DNA from: Candidatus Omnitrophota bacterium
Lineage (GTDB): Bacteria; Omnitrophota; Gorgyraeia; Duberdicusellales; 4484-171
Length of the DNA stretch: 64,000 nt
NCBI GenBank assembly: GCA_021735655.1
Contig: JAIPGM010000008.1
Span: 5,922 to 69,921 of the forward strand
Direction of reading: 5' to 3'
Numbering within the stretch: position 1 is the stretch's first letter; every line of letters starts with the position of its first letter. Of the stretch, positions 37,182 to 47,005 are shown one piece after another. Both the position numbers and the translations under genes were made by a program. Below the pieces are notes generated by a model. The model ran no database searches and was not told where the DNA came from. It worked only from the letters and a program-made list of their open reading frames with translations.

Positions 37182-38384
37182 TTACTCAAGTACCTTTTTG
37201 CCGATTTTTACCTCTAAATCATTCCTTATCCCACTCATATTTATTTCATAACCACAACTACATTTAAGTTTATTATCTTTCGGAAATGGGATACAACCTT
37301 TCTTCTTATAATCTTCATCAATCTTGGGATTGTGTGTGAACTTAGCATATATTTTATGCACTTTACCACATTTAGGACACTTAGTATTTATTTCAACAAC
37401 ATCAGGTAATTTAGGCAAACTAGGTATTTTTAGTGGGGCGCTCATTGCGACAGCTTGTTTAAGCAACTTATCATCTTGAGTAGCAAAAATTTTATATGTA
37501 GAACTCGTAGTAAACAACAATCTGCAAACCGTCTGAATTCTGCAGACAATATCTTTTAACACAGGATCATCATCTACTCTAGTTATCTTTAGCTTTATGC
37601 TTTCAAGATCGTCTATCTTTATTGATCTACCATGTGAACGCCATTTACCATGATTTATTAACTCATCTACTATTTCTTTTGCTCTCTGCGCCTTCATTTC
37701 TTCTGTTACTTGAATCTTGTTGGTTTCTGTTTCTTTCCAATTTCTGAATTTATATTTTTTAAGCCACTCAACCACTAAATCTTCAGCAAACTTAAGTGAG
37801 TGATAGACTCCTTTTAACTCACCAGGGCTTATTTGAGCTACCATAATGGCATCAAAAGGATTAAGTTTCCCTTTATTTTCGGCTTCCTTCTGTTTCTCAT
37901 TTACCCACTCAATATAATCAAAAGCCGACATAGCACTTCTGCCGATTTTCATTTGGGCATCTATTGGCCCTAAACTACCTGTTTTAGTCATAAGAATTTC
38001 ATCTCCGGACAAAACCATTATAGTACCAGCGCTCTTTGCTTCACCTGAAACAACAAAAGACACCCCGTCAAAATGAGACCGTAAGTAATTTACTATTTCC
38101 TCAGCAGCCTCACCACTCCCACCAGGTGTTTCTAAATAAATATCAATCTTAGACGAATTTTCCTTATTTCGTAATACATCAGCTATCATATAATAATCTT
38201 CTTGAGAAAGAGCTATATCAGGAATTGGTTTACCGATAGCGCTTGCAAATACTAATAAAAAGGAATCTCGCTTTTTATTATATTTAGATATTAAAGCCAT
38301 CAATTCTTTCTCTAATTCTTGCGCGCTTAACCTTTTGTTTATATATTCGGTCATTAAACTCATGAAATATCTCCTTAAAAACAA
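37182..38384 (-). CDS. ClpP/SppA-like (S49/SDH-type) serine protease fused to C-terminal tandem zinc ribbons
   Basis: ETPGGSGEAAEEI and SGEAKSAGTIMVLSGDEILM (ClpP/SppA serine region); C-terminal CPKCGKVH...CSCGYE. Confidence 0.55.
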   Translation of the reverse strand: MFLRRYFMSLMTEYINKRLSAQELEKELMALISKYNKKRDSFLLVFASAIGKPIPDIALSQEDYYMIADVLRNKENSSKIDIYLETPGGSGEAAEEIVNYLRSHFDGVSFVVSGEAKSAGTIMVLSGDEILMTKTGSLGPIDAQMKIGRSAMSAFDYIEWVNEKQKEAENKGKLNPFDAIMVAQISPGELKGVYHSLKFAEDLVVEWLKKYKFRNWKETETNKIQVTEEMKAQRAKEIVDELINHGKWRSHGRSIKIDDLESIKLKITRVDDDPVLKDIVCRIQTVCRLLFTTSSTYKIFATQDDKLLKQAVAMSAPLKIPSLPKLPDVVEINTKCPKCGKVHKIYAKFTHNPKIDEDYKKKGCIPFPKDNKLKCSCGYEINMSGIRNDLEVKIGKKVLE

Positions 38385-38654
38385 TTATGTTTTTATACCT
38401 TTCAAATTCCCATTGGAGACTTATTTTATCGCAACTTTACTTTTTTTCAACATAAGATTTATACTAAAAATGAGCCCCCACTCTTACAGGTGGGGAACTC
38501 CCACAAGCTTAGATATATATCTTTGTTATAAAAAAGTCTCTACTCATCAGACAGGCGTCTTCGTCAACCTTATATTCCGCAGCAGCGGAATATTCCTATA
38601 TATACCCCGCCCATTAATGACGGTATTAATTATGCTTTGCATTCATATTTGTAA

Positions 38655-39440
38655 TTATTCAAATTCAAGTCTCACAGAAGCTTTATCACATTTTTTATCA
38701 CATTTATAACAATTACAATTAGAAGTGTACCACTCAATATTTTTTCGTTCTCCAGGTTTTAATGGCTCACTTCCGATAGCGTATGTATAATCAGTATTAA
38801 CTACTTTACCATATTCATTTTTATAGGTAATATGAAATTTAACATTTGTTACTGGTATTTGCGAACCATTATAAATTGTAGCCTTGCCTTCTACGCTATT
38901 TGAGTAACTTGAACCAAACGACCAATCTTCAATTATAACTTTCTGTTTCGCTTCTTCAAGTAACTCATGTTTTTCCATATCAGACTTTGAATCATCAGAT
39001 ATATTGTTAAGTTTGGCGTCCGCTACAAACCCATAACTGTCAGAAATCTGCCACTCTGAAAATTTTTTTCTGACGATAAAAATAGGCTTCCGTTCGAGCT
39101 TCATTCCAAAGGCGTTAATTGTCGAGCCATAAACTTGAATCCAATATTTATCCTTTTCTTTTTTTAATGTTTTTAATTTCCATTTCTCAATTTTAAAATA
39201 AGAATATTTTCCCACTAAAAATAGATTTATAGAATAACTCGTATCAAAATATTTTGAAATTTGTTCTAAATCTTGTTCATTTAAATATTTTAAAGCAAGA
39301 TTGACAGTCTTTTCTCCATTATTACTAAAGAGACTATCAATTCCTATTTTTATTGTTTCCCTATTAAAATACCCTAATAATATAACAGCTAGTAAGAGAA
39401 TAAAAATAACGATATGTTTAGCGCTTACATTAATTGTCAT
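38655..39440 (-). CDS. Membrane-anchored hypothetical protein with Cys-rich C-terminus
   Basis: N-terminal TM IVIFILLLAVILLGY; C-terminal NCNCYKCDKKCDK. Confidence 0.35.
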   Translation of the reverse strand: MTINVSAKHIVIFILLLAVILLGYFNRETIKIGIDSLFSNNGEKTVNLALKYLNEQDLEQISKYFDTSYSINLFLVGKYSYFKIEKWKLKTLKKEKDKYWIQVYGSTINAFGMKLERKPIFIVRKKFSEWQISDSYGFVADAKLNNISDDSKSDMEKHELLEEAKQKVIIEDWSFGSSYSNSVEGKATIYNGSQIPVTNVKFHITYKNEYGKVVNTDYTYAIGSEPLKPGERKNIEWYTSNCNCYKCDKKCDKASVRLEFE

Positions 39441-39502
39441 TAAATCACTCCTACATTTCTACATTTAATTATAATCTATTTAACTTTCTAATAACTAACT
39501 TT

Positions 39503-39706
39503 CTATTTTTTATAATTCCAGTCCGTCATTTTATCACTTATGTATTGCTTTAGCTTTTGGTCAAAAATAATCATCATTTTAGCTTTTGAGTTTTCAGCTA
39601 AATCGGCGATTTCTTGAAAAATATTATCAATATCTGAGTTTACTTCTTCAATAATATTCTTGATCTTTTCGCTGTTGTAGCCTAGATTCATAAGGAATGA
39701 GTGCAA
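39503..39706 (-). CDS. Small hypothetical protein (67 aa)
   Basis: ORF only. Confidence 0.25.
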   Translation of the reverse strand: MHSFLMNLGYNSEKIKNIIEEVNSDIDNIFQEIADLAENSKAKMMIIFDQKLKQYISDKMTDWNYKK

Positions 39707-39850
39707 TAAATTCTCTGTTTCGCTTTTGACAAAATCAGGCCTTTCATCTAACCAGCCTTATTCAAATATATTAAACCATCTTTCCGAAATATCCATTTGC
39801 TCTCTCATATTATCATCTTTTCATGCTAACATTTTATATTGCCTTACAGG

Positions 39851-40048
39851 TTATTCCAAACAGTTTTTTAGTTTGTTTACGCCTACCTGCGCTTTACAGA
39901 AAGGACATATTATGCAATTTTTGTCGCTATTGAACAGCTTCTTTAAATTCTCTCGGGCAATCATTTCTTCACAATAAGGGCATTTAAGAAATTCGGAATC
40001 CATGAAACCAAAAAACCCGCCAATGAATTTAGGGTCAATAAAACTCAT
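39851..40048 (-). CDS. Small zinc-ribbon protein
   Basis: CPYCEE...CIICPFCK; 4-bp overlap (ATGA) with the upstream gene suggests translational coupling. Confidence 0.4.
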   Translation of the reverse strand: MSFIDPKFIGGFFGFMDSEFLKCPYCEEMIARENLKKLFNSDKNCIICPFCKAQVGVNKLKNCLE

Positions 40049-40608
40049 TGAGTATGGATGCTCTTTTTATTCTTTATCCAGTCAGATGGAATTTTCCCAT
40101 AGAGCCTATATATTTCAAGAATTAATCCTTGAACTGTTTCTAAAACACAATATACCGCCCGTGATTCGGGCCATCCCATAATAGGTTTAGTGTCATCTGA
40201 TACGTTCAAATGAACAAGGGCATTTCGTATATTTCTAGCTTCTTTGAAGTCGTTCATTAGATTTCTACTTATATTTTTACCATTACAAATTTTTGGAATC
40301 CACCTTTGCAATTTTTTTCCCAATGAAACAAATCTTTCTTTTCTTTCTCCTGTAAGGAATTCCTGCTTTTGTTTTGGCAAAACTTCATTATTTGATACGT
40401 ATTCTTGAGCAAATTCATTTATAATAGCTTCCAATGCTGTAAAAGCAAAAAGAATAGAAGCAGCCGAAAATCTTCTATATTTTAACCTGCCATCTTCTGG
40501 TTTAATTTCTTCCGTTCCAAGTGCAGGCATCCCTTGAAATTCTTCATTCATTCTTTCTGCAAAATATTTAGCGTCATTTAAAAATAATTCGTGCCAATAG
40601 TTCCACAT
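40045..40608 (-). CDS. Hypothetical protein with HEPN-like Rx4H motif (candidate toxin/abortive-infection effector)
   Basis: ARNIRNALVHLN fits the Rx4-6H HEPN signature; predicted alpha-helical; coupled to the downstream zinc-ribbon gene. Confidence 0.35.
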   Translation of the reverse strand: MWNYWHELFLNDAKYFAERMNEEFQGMPALGTEEIKPEDGRLKYRRFSAASILFAFTALEAIINEFAQEYVSNNEVLPKQKQEFLTGERKERFVSLGKKLQRWIPKICNGKNISRNLMNDFKEARNIRNALVHLNVSDDTKPIMGWPESRAVYCVLETVQGLILEIYRLYGKIPSDWIKNKKSIHTQ

Positions 40609-40781
40609 TATTTTAGTCGATACGGGTCATTACAAATTTAGTAAAAATAACGCTAAAGCGTAGTATTAAACCTAGAATCCACCCAGAAATTCCATTTCAT
40701 TTAAAAACCATATTATTTGTTAAGTTTTATTACGCAATTTTGATAATTAGCTAACCATCTATTCAATCAGTTTACGCCAAA

Positions 40782-41882
40782 TCACAAATAAGTGCTAATT
40801 AACTTTGACAATTCACCCCTATCTATTAACTTTATATTATTAGAACTCGCCAACTTTATAGCCGAACGAGTAAACTCATTCGTTGTAATTACCATACCTT
40901 TATCTGCTTTGTAATGCTTAATTGCCGCAACAACTTCCTGCACTCCTCTATTAGTTACTTTATTATTATATCGTTTTGCCTGCACTACGATTTTTTCTCC
41001 GAATTTTTCAACAACTAAATCTGCCCCTTGATCGCCAGACAACTTTGTATTTTCTACCTTATATCCCATTTTTTTAAAAAGTATATTTAGAAAATTTTCA
41101 AATTCATATCCTGTAGCTGAATCTAAATCGTATATCGTTAAAGGTTGATGCTGGCTATTGTTCAGTTGTTTTTCAAAATGTTCAAGCTTTAGCTTTTGCC
41201 TTAATTCATCTATTCGCTGCCTCAACACTTCTTTATCAACAGGATAATGTTTCTCCTGTAATAGACGTTGAAAAGAATCCATATAAAGCAAGTAGTTTTC
41301 ACCACATAACTCCAGAAAACGCTTTAAAAAAGATTCTATTCCATCAGGATTATTATGCATCATCTTAGCTTTGAAATTCATATAATTCTGTTTATCTAAT
41401 TCACTATCTATTAAACCCCTTAATTCTTCAATATCAAAATTAAAACCTTTTTCAGCCATCAAATCTCTCAAGGTATTAAGTTCTTCACCGGGTATATTAA
41501 GGCTGCAAGAAGTATAGTTGTGTTTTGCTGAAAAGTTTTTTATATATTTGTAACTTTCACTGGAAAGCAACCTTTCTCCCTCTTTCTTAAATTCTTGTAA
41601 TGCAAATTGTCTATTTATACGCCATACAATCCATGACACCAATGAAACAAATAATAGTAGAAAGAAAGGTATTGGAAATGTTCCGACCAGAGCTATAACT
41701 AAAATTCCAACCAAAATTGCAATTGCTGTTACCTTTCCTATATTATCATCCAAAACATTCAAAACGTCCTTCCAGTTTGAACCTGGCAAATCACACAACT
41801 TGATTCGTACAAAGATAGCACTGGCAATAATTCCGGAAAAAATTCCTATATATGCTAAAATATTTTGAGAAATTGAATCCAT
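40782..41882 (-). CDS. Membrane-anchored Mrr-cat (PD-(D/E)xK) restriction-endonuclease-like protein
   Basis: 3 N-terminal TM helices; C-terminal Mrr_cat GYEFENFLNILFKKMGY...GDQGADLVVEKFGEKIVVQAKRY. Confidence 0.65.
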   Translation of the reverse strand: MDSISQNILAYIGIFSGIIASAIFVRIKLCDLPGSNWKDVLNVLDDNIGKVTAIAILVGILVIALVGTFPIPFFLLLFVSLVSWIVWRINRQFALQEFKKEGERLLSSESYKYIKNFSAKHNYTSCSLNIPGEELNTLRDLMAEKGFNFDIEELRGLIDSELDKQNYMNFKAKMMHNNPDGIESFLKRFLELCGENYLLYMDSFQRLLQEKHYPVDKEVLRQRIDELRQKLKLEHFEKQLNNSQHQPLTIYDLDSATGYEFENFLNILFKKMGYKVENTKLSGDQGADLVVEKFGEKIVVQAKRYNNKVTNRGVQEVVAAIKHYKADKGMVITTNEFTRSAIKLASSNNIKLIDRGELSKLISTYL

Positions 41883-41990
41883 ATTTTTATCCTAAATAAT
41901 ATTCAAAATCACCTGCATTCTATCAATTTAAGCGAATTTTTGCAAGATTTCTAGTTTATCGAGCAGCTTAAACCAATCCGCCTAAAAATA

Positions 41991-42030
41991 CAAAAAACCT
42001 TCGCCATTTCTAACGAAGGTTTTCTTTCTT
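41991..42030. terminator. Bidirectional intrinsic terminator
   Basis: ccttcgcc-atttctaa-cgaagg hairpin with T-tracts on both strands; sits between two minus-strand genes. Confidence 0.6.
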
Positions 42031-42166
42031 TTAGCGTCCTGGATTTAGTCCTTCCAACACGGGACTTTTGCCTGATTGTCATTTTCAATATAGCTCTGGT
42101 TTCTGATTGTGTCAAGGGAAAAAGTCGTTGCTATTCGCTACCCGCCTATCTTATTATCCATTTTAT

Positions 42167-42652
42167 CTAATTATTATTCGATATTTCAGATTGTGGGAAA
42201 GTTACTGGAATAGAAAATTTCACTCTATGGATTGATCCTGTATTTTGCTCTGAAGAACCAGTAGCTTTGCCACCAGCTTTGACTGTGTAAATTTTGGCAG
42301 TTGCATTGATTTCTGCAGAAGAATTCTGATTTTCATTAATCGTTAAAGCTACATCAAATTCTATTGCTTCCATATAGCGAAGCTTATAATCTTGTTGCTT
42401 CCTCTCTTTTAAGGTATTTCCGACAAAGCCATAAACAGGATTTATCTCTCCGCCCGTTTCTTTAGTTTTTTCTTGTGCGTTTTTGATCCCGTGAAATATT
42501 TGCGATAAGGTTTCGGAAATAAAATCTTGTAATTTCATGTTTACTCCTTTTCGTTTTTGTTTTTTGTTTCGAATGGCAATAATAAAACTTCCTAAAAAAA
42601 TAATGAAAGCACCGATTGAAATACTTATAATGATGTTACTTTTTTCCACCAT
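42167..42652 (-). CDS. Membrane-anchored hypothetical protein
   Basis: N-terminal TM IIISISIGAFIIFLGSFIIAI; no known motif. Confidence 0.3.
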   Translation of the reverse strand: MVEKSNIIISISIGAFIIFLGSFIIAIRNKKQKRKGVNMKLQDFISETLSQIFHGIKNAQEKTKETGGEINPVYGFVGNTLKERKQQDYKLRYMEAIEFDVALTINENQNSSAEINATAKIYTVKAGGKATGSSEQNTGSIHRVKFSIPVTFPQSEISNNN

Positions 42653-42699
42653 ATTTTTTATTTATAAATTTATTTTTTCAACTAGCATTAATGAATTCA

Positions 42700-42906
42700 T
42701 TAATAAACCAATTCGTTCACCTTAACGTTAAGAACCTTAGCAATTTTCAAAAGAGTTTTAATTGTGGGGTTATCATTTTTTCCCACTTCTATTTTCGCAA
42801 GGGTAGTATGAGTGACATCAGCAAGCTTAGATAACTTATCTTGAGATAGCCCCTGTATTTTTCGTAACTTCTTTATTCTTTTCCCAATTTTTGCTGCACT
42901 TGACAT
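42700..42906 (-). CDS. XRE-family helix-turn-helix transcriptional regulator
   Basis: LRKIQGLSQDKLSKLADVTHTTLAKIEVGKN matches the HTH_3/Cro-C1 pattern. Confidence 0.7.
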   Translation of the reverse strand: MSSAAKIGKRIKKLRKIQGLSQDKLSKLADVTHTTLAKIEVGKNDNPTIKTLLKIAKVLNVKVNELVY

Positions 42907-43037
42907 TTGGTATTATATTGTTACAATTATATTCTATGGATAATACTACCTAAAACTTACTTATATTTTAGCAATTTTGACATCTTTTGCAAGATTTTTG
43001 CATGATAATGCTTTATATAGACAACACCGCGGAAAAA

Positions 43038-43231
43038 TTGAAAATTCGTTTACAAAAAATAAAAAAATTTTCCGCCGCCGCATTAAAAATATATAGATTT
43101 TTGCGAGGGAGAGGCCGCAGGGATGCCTTATCGGCCCACGTGGGCCGATAAGGAAGACAGCAGCCGAATTCATAGGCGTTAGCGAGCACCTTCGGCTGTG
43201 TAAAAGGTTCGGACTGCGTCCCCTATACACC
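43038..43231. repeat. Copy 2 (inverted) of the ~190-bp repeat element
   Basis: Reverse complement of 36353..36534. Differences in the loop of the first hairpin are clustered (ggtatttaat vs gctcgctaac) while the stems are conserved. Confidence 0.75.
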
Positions 43232-43290
43232 GTTTTTACATCTACCACCTACCTATTCCAAAACTAACTCAATAGTGATATAATCTAACT

Positions 43291-43839
43291 ATGAGAAGAG
43301 GATTTACCTTAATCGAACTAATCGTAGTCATTGCTATTATTGCTATCTTAGCAGCAATCATTGCCCCTAATGCTTTTAAGGCTATTGAGAAGGCGAAGGT
43401 CGCTAGAGCAATTTCGGATTTCAAAACAATAAAAACAGCCTCAATATCTCTTTACGCTGATACCGGAAAATGGCCTGATACGAATTGGGGTGATACCCGA
43501 ATTAAAGATAGCGGTTTATTTATTGATAACGGAGCAAGTTGGGATGGTCCATATTTAGAGAAAAATCCTGAACCGCATCCTTGGGGAGGAAGGTATATAT
43601 TTGAAAGTGAAGATGACTGGGCTAAAAGTCCCACAGAGCCTGCTAATGGAATTGATGAATCGCTTATTGATTTTGAAGATTACTGTATTTCTGGATCTGC
43701 AACAGGCTGTCCTGTTCCAGATAGCGCAGCAAAGAGAATTGATGAAGCAGTAGACGACGGGAATACTTCCTGGGGCGAATTTCGCCACGGTGGCGATACC
43801 TTGTGGCTTTTAGTCTGGGATGCTTTTGAGCAACCATAG
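43291..43839 (+). CDS. Type IV pilin-like protein (prepilin N-terminal cleavage/methylation domain)
   Basis: MRRGFTLIELIVVIAIIAILAAIIAPNAF class III signal with Gly-Phe cleavage site and Glu5; C-terminal WLLVWDAF. Confidence 0.75.
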   Translation: MRRGFTLIELIVVIAIIAILAAIIAPNAFKAIEKAKVARAISDFKTIKTASISLYADTGKWPDTNWGDTRIKDSGLFIDNGASWDGPYLEKNPEPHPWGGRYIFESEDDWAKSPTEPANGIDESLIDFEDYCISGSATGCPVPDSAAKRIDEAVDDGNTSWGEFRHGGDTLWLLVWDAFEQP

Positions 43840-44009
43840 TTTTTATTGAAGATTATTTGAATAGCGCTAATTAATTCTATCTATAAATCAATTCAGCTGA
43901 CCACTAATCCCCACCAACCCATTTTTCCCTTGTGCCCAAATTGTGCCTGTTTCGATTCAAGTCCTTGCAATTACTTGCCTTTGAACCTTTAGTTTGTTAA
44001 ACTATTTAC

Positions 44010-45392
44010 ATGCGAAAAGTATTATTCCTACTTGCTTTATTGTTAGTATTTTCCCAGCTAGCCTATTCTGAAATCATTACTTTAAAAAATGGTAAGACCA
44101 TTGATGCTCCTATCTTAGAGAGGGCAGAGGAGTATATTAAGGTTAACATTGGAGGTGTTGGGGTTAAGTATTATATGGATGAAATAGACAGCGTCGGAAA
44201 GGATAAAAGTTTATTTAAAAATAATTATTCAAAAAAAACACCTTCTGAAATTTATAATGAAAACGCAAGTGCTGTAGTAATGGTCGGCGCTAAAGGTTTT
44301 TTTGACACAGGGTTTAGTATTGGCGTCGGTTCAGTAATTAGTCAGGATGGCTTAGTTGTTACAAATTATCATGTATTAGGTGATTCTAATGATGTATCGA
44401 TCGCCTTTGATAATGGTTCAATTTCTAAAGCAATATCTGTGGCAACTTTTGACCCAATACGTGATTTCTGCATTTTAAAAGTTAAAGGCAGTGATTTGCA
44501 GGGTGTTGAACTTGGAGATAGCGATAATCTTAAGAAGGGTGAAGCCTTAACCGTCATAACTATTGACAGTAATGATAAGCATAAAATAATGACAGGAAAG
44601 TATCTTTATCAACTAGTTGACTTAGGTAGTCGTTATTTAATGGCCGAAATTCCAACTGGCGAAGAAGGAAATAGCGGTTCACCAGTTTTTAATGAATGCG
44701 GAAAGGTTATCGGAATTTACACAAGAGGAGATCCGGAATCAAATTTAGCAAGTATTATACCTATAAATGACATAAAAGAATATTTAAATGTGGATAAAAA
44801 TTTAACTATGCATGAATTTAAGAACCTTTCGGATCAAGCTGTAGTCCTATCAACTAAAGGAAAAGTTTTTATGTTGAGAGGGGAATACCAAAAGGCCTTG
44901 GATTATTTTTATCAGGCCTTAAGTATAAATCCAGAGTGTTCATTGGCAAGTTTGGTTCTTGCTCAAGTTTACATTAAAATGCATGAATTTTATAAAGCAG
45001 CTAATGAAATAAACAAAATTATACAAAGGTTTCCTGATGAAGTGCACCATTATATGACAATTGCTGAAATTTATAGAAAAAATTTTATGTGGGATGATTT
45101 TTTGATAGCCGTTAACAAAGCTATAGAAGTTGATCCTAGGTATAGTGATGCATATGCAGAGCTTAGTCTGTATTATTATATAGTGGGAAAGAGTATTGAT
45201 AGGGCAATTGTTGAGGCTAAAAAGTGTATAAGTTTTAAACCAAGCAATTGCACCGCTCTTACTATTTTAATAGAAATTTATGGGCAAAAAAATGATTGCG
45301 TTTTAGTAAAAAAATACCGAAAACAAATGGAAGATTACGGGTGTGAGATTACTAAAGAAGAAACTATTCAGGCGATTCAGAGCTGTCGATAG
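44010..45392 (+). CDS. Secreted trypsin-like (S1/DegP-type) serine protease with C-terminal TPR repeats
   Basis: Signal peptide; His VTNYHVLGD; Ser GNSGSPVF; C-terminal TPR-like helices (ALDYFYQALSINP...). Confidence 0.65.
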   Translation: MRKVLFLLALLLVFSQLAYSEIITLKNGKTIDAPILERAEEYIKVNIGGVGVKYYMDEIDSVGKDKSLFKNNYSKKTPSEIYNENASAVVMVGAKGFFDTGFSIGVGSVISQDGLVVTNYHVLGDSNDVSIAFDNGSISKAISVATFDPIRDFCILKVKGSDLQGVELGDSDNLKKGEALTVITIDSNDKHKIMTGKYLYQLVDLGSRYLMAEIPTGEEGNSGSPVFNECGKVIGIYTRGDPESNLASIIPINDIKEYLNVDKNLTMHEFKNLSDQAVVLSTKGKVFMLRGEYQKALDYFYQALSINPECSLASLVLAQVYIKMHEFYKAANEINKIIQRFPDEVHHYMTIAEIYRKNFMWDDFLIAVNKAIEVDPRYSDAYAELSLYYYIVGKSIDRAIVEAKKCISFKPSNCTALTILIEIYGQKNDCVLVKKYRKQMEDYGCEITKEETIQAIQSCR

Positions 45393-45608
45393 GTATTTAT
45401 TATGTGTGCCCCAATCGTGCCCATCTAAAGCGAAACCACAGGATAATAGACGAAAGCAGAAGATAACAGGTAGAATCATTTTTTTCCTAAAACTCACCGT
45501 CAACACTGCATAATCATTGATAAATAAAGAGTATTTAAATTACATCTAATAGAATCCCTGCTTTTTTGTTTTATATCTACCATCTACCCTATTCCAAAAT
45601 TATTCCAA

Positions 45609-46268
45609 GTGTGGTACAATCTAACCGTTGCAATAGAATTAGAATATAATTTAAAAATGTTTAAGAGTATTGTTAAAGAGTTAAGGCATCATGCTCCGTT
45701 TACTTTTTTAGGAGCTTTCTTGGGAATCGTTTTTATGTTTTTATTTCGTAATATTTCTCAGGAAGCTTCACATGATCTTTTTTATGTTTTTCACCCCCTA
45801 CATGTATTATTAAGTGCTTTAGCTACAGCTTCAATGTATAAATTACATACTTGCCCCAAAGGTAAAGGCCCTTGCAATTTACCACTTTTGCTTGTAGTTG
45901 GTTATTTCGGTGCCATTGGCGTTGCCACTTTCAGTGATTCATTAATGCCTTATTTTGGGGAATTTTTACTGAAAATGCCTTATCGAGAAATGCATATAGG
46001 TTTTGTTGAGAAATGGTGGTTAGTGTCAGCGGTAGCAATAGTCGGTGTTATTATCGCTTGTTTTAATCCTTCGACAAAGTTTCCTCATGCGGCCCATGTA
46101 TTGATTAGTACTTGGGCATCTTTGTTCCATATTATGATGGCTTCTGGCGGGAGTATTAGCTGGGTGGTGTATATTGGGATATTTTTGTTTTTATTCCTTG
46201 CGGTGTGGCTTCCGTGTTGCATTAGTGATATCGTTTTCCCGCTTTTATTTGTAAAAAGAAAAACATAG
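45609..46268 (+). CDS. Polytopic membrane protein, unknown function
   Basis: About 6 hydrophobic helices; the real start is possibly the internal Met (MFKSIV) near 45657. Confidence 0.35.
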   Translation: MWYNLTVAIELEYNLKMFKSIVKELRHHAPFTFLGAFLGIVFMFLFRNISQEASHDLFYVFHPLHVLLSALATASMYKLHTCPKGKGPCNLPLLLVVGYFGAIGVATFSDSLMPYFGEFLLKMPYREMHIGFVEKWWLVSAVAIVGVIIACFNPSTKFPHAAHVLISTWASLFHIMMASGGSISWVVYIGIFLFLFLAVWLPCCISDIVFPLLFVKRKT

Positions 46269-46424
46269 CTCTTTCCCGTAAATAATTTCTATAATTAGTC
46301 AAGAAAAATCTTATAAATTTTGTAAATTTATAATTAAAAAAGTTTGCAAAGTTAGATTAATATTGTTAAAATATTCGATCTTACGGAATTTATAAATTAT
46401 TTTTTTAAAAAAAAGGGGGCCACG

Positions 46425-46937
46425 ATGAAAGATAGCTATCCATATTTCAGGGATCCGCGAGCTTTGGAAGAAATCAGAAAACATAAATGGATTGAAAGCC
46501 AAAAACAGAATCAGGAAGTCAGCTTTGCCACAGCTGCCTTAGATTGGATTAACAACTATGGTGCTCAGTGGAAAGAAATTCATGCTGACGAGAGTAAGGA
46601 TAATCGTATTTTTATTGAACAGAGGAAGTATCGCCGGTTCAGGTTAACTCAGCTTATTAAATTGGTGAAAGATAATATTACTTTTTTAGCCGAAGGCATT
46701 AATATTAGTTTTTTTGGTTTGACTTGCCGGGCTAGAAAATTCTTACCGGTAGGTAGTGTGATGGATGTTTATGTGCCGATTGAGCAGAAAAGCGGAGAAA
46801 AGATTATCTGCAGAGGCACAGTAGAGAGGGCTATCCAAGTTAAATTGGAAAATTATGAGGTATTTTTAAAGTTTGGTCCAGATTGTCAGAGGCAGATAGA
46901 AAATTGCGAATATTTTAGGGGCCAAGCGGCGGCATAA
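46425..46937 (+). CDS. PilZ-like domain protein
   Basis: RKYRRFRL (RxxxR) and GINISFFGL (NxSxxG). Confidence 0.4.
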   Translation: MKDSYPYFRDPRALEEIRKHKWIESQKQNQEVSFATAALDWINNYGAQWKEIHADESKDNRIFIEQRKYRRFRLTQLIKLVKDNITFLAEGINISFFGLTCRARKFLPVGSVMDVYVPIEQKSGEKIICRGTVERAIQVKLENYEVFLKFGPDCQRQIENCEYFRGQAAA

Positions 46938-47005
46938 TAAAAAAAAGAAATTTCTTTTTTTTATTTTATTCGAAGCGGCATTTTACTTGTAAAGTAAACC
47001 CTGTC

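Noticed and set aside
37182-38384. Interpreting the ClpP/SppA-like protease as a phage prohead protease marking a prophage
   Set aside because: No capsid, portal, terminase or tail genes are adjacent. The neighbours are nuclease/HEPN/XRE genes, so a defense-island reading is preferred. This remains unproven.
43452-43788. Minus-strand ORFs 43452..43634 and 43555..43788 inside the pilin-like gene
   Set aside because: They are antisense overlaps of a gene with a strong pilin N-terminal signature.
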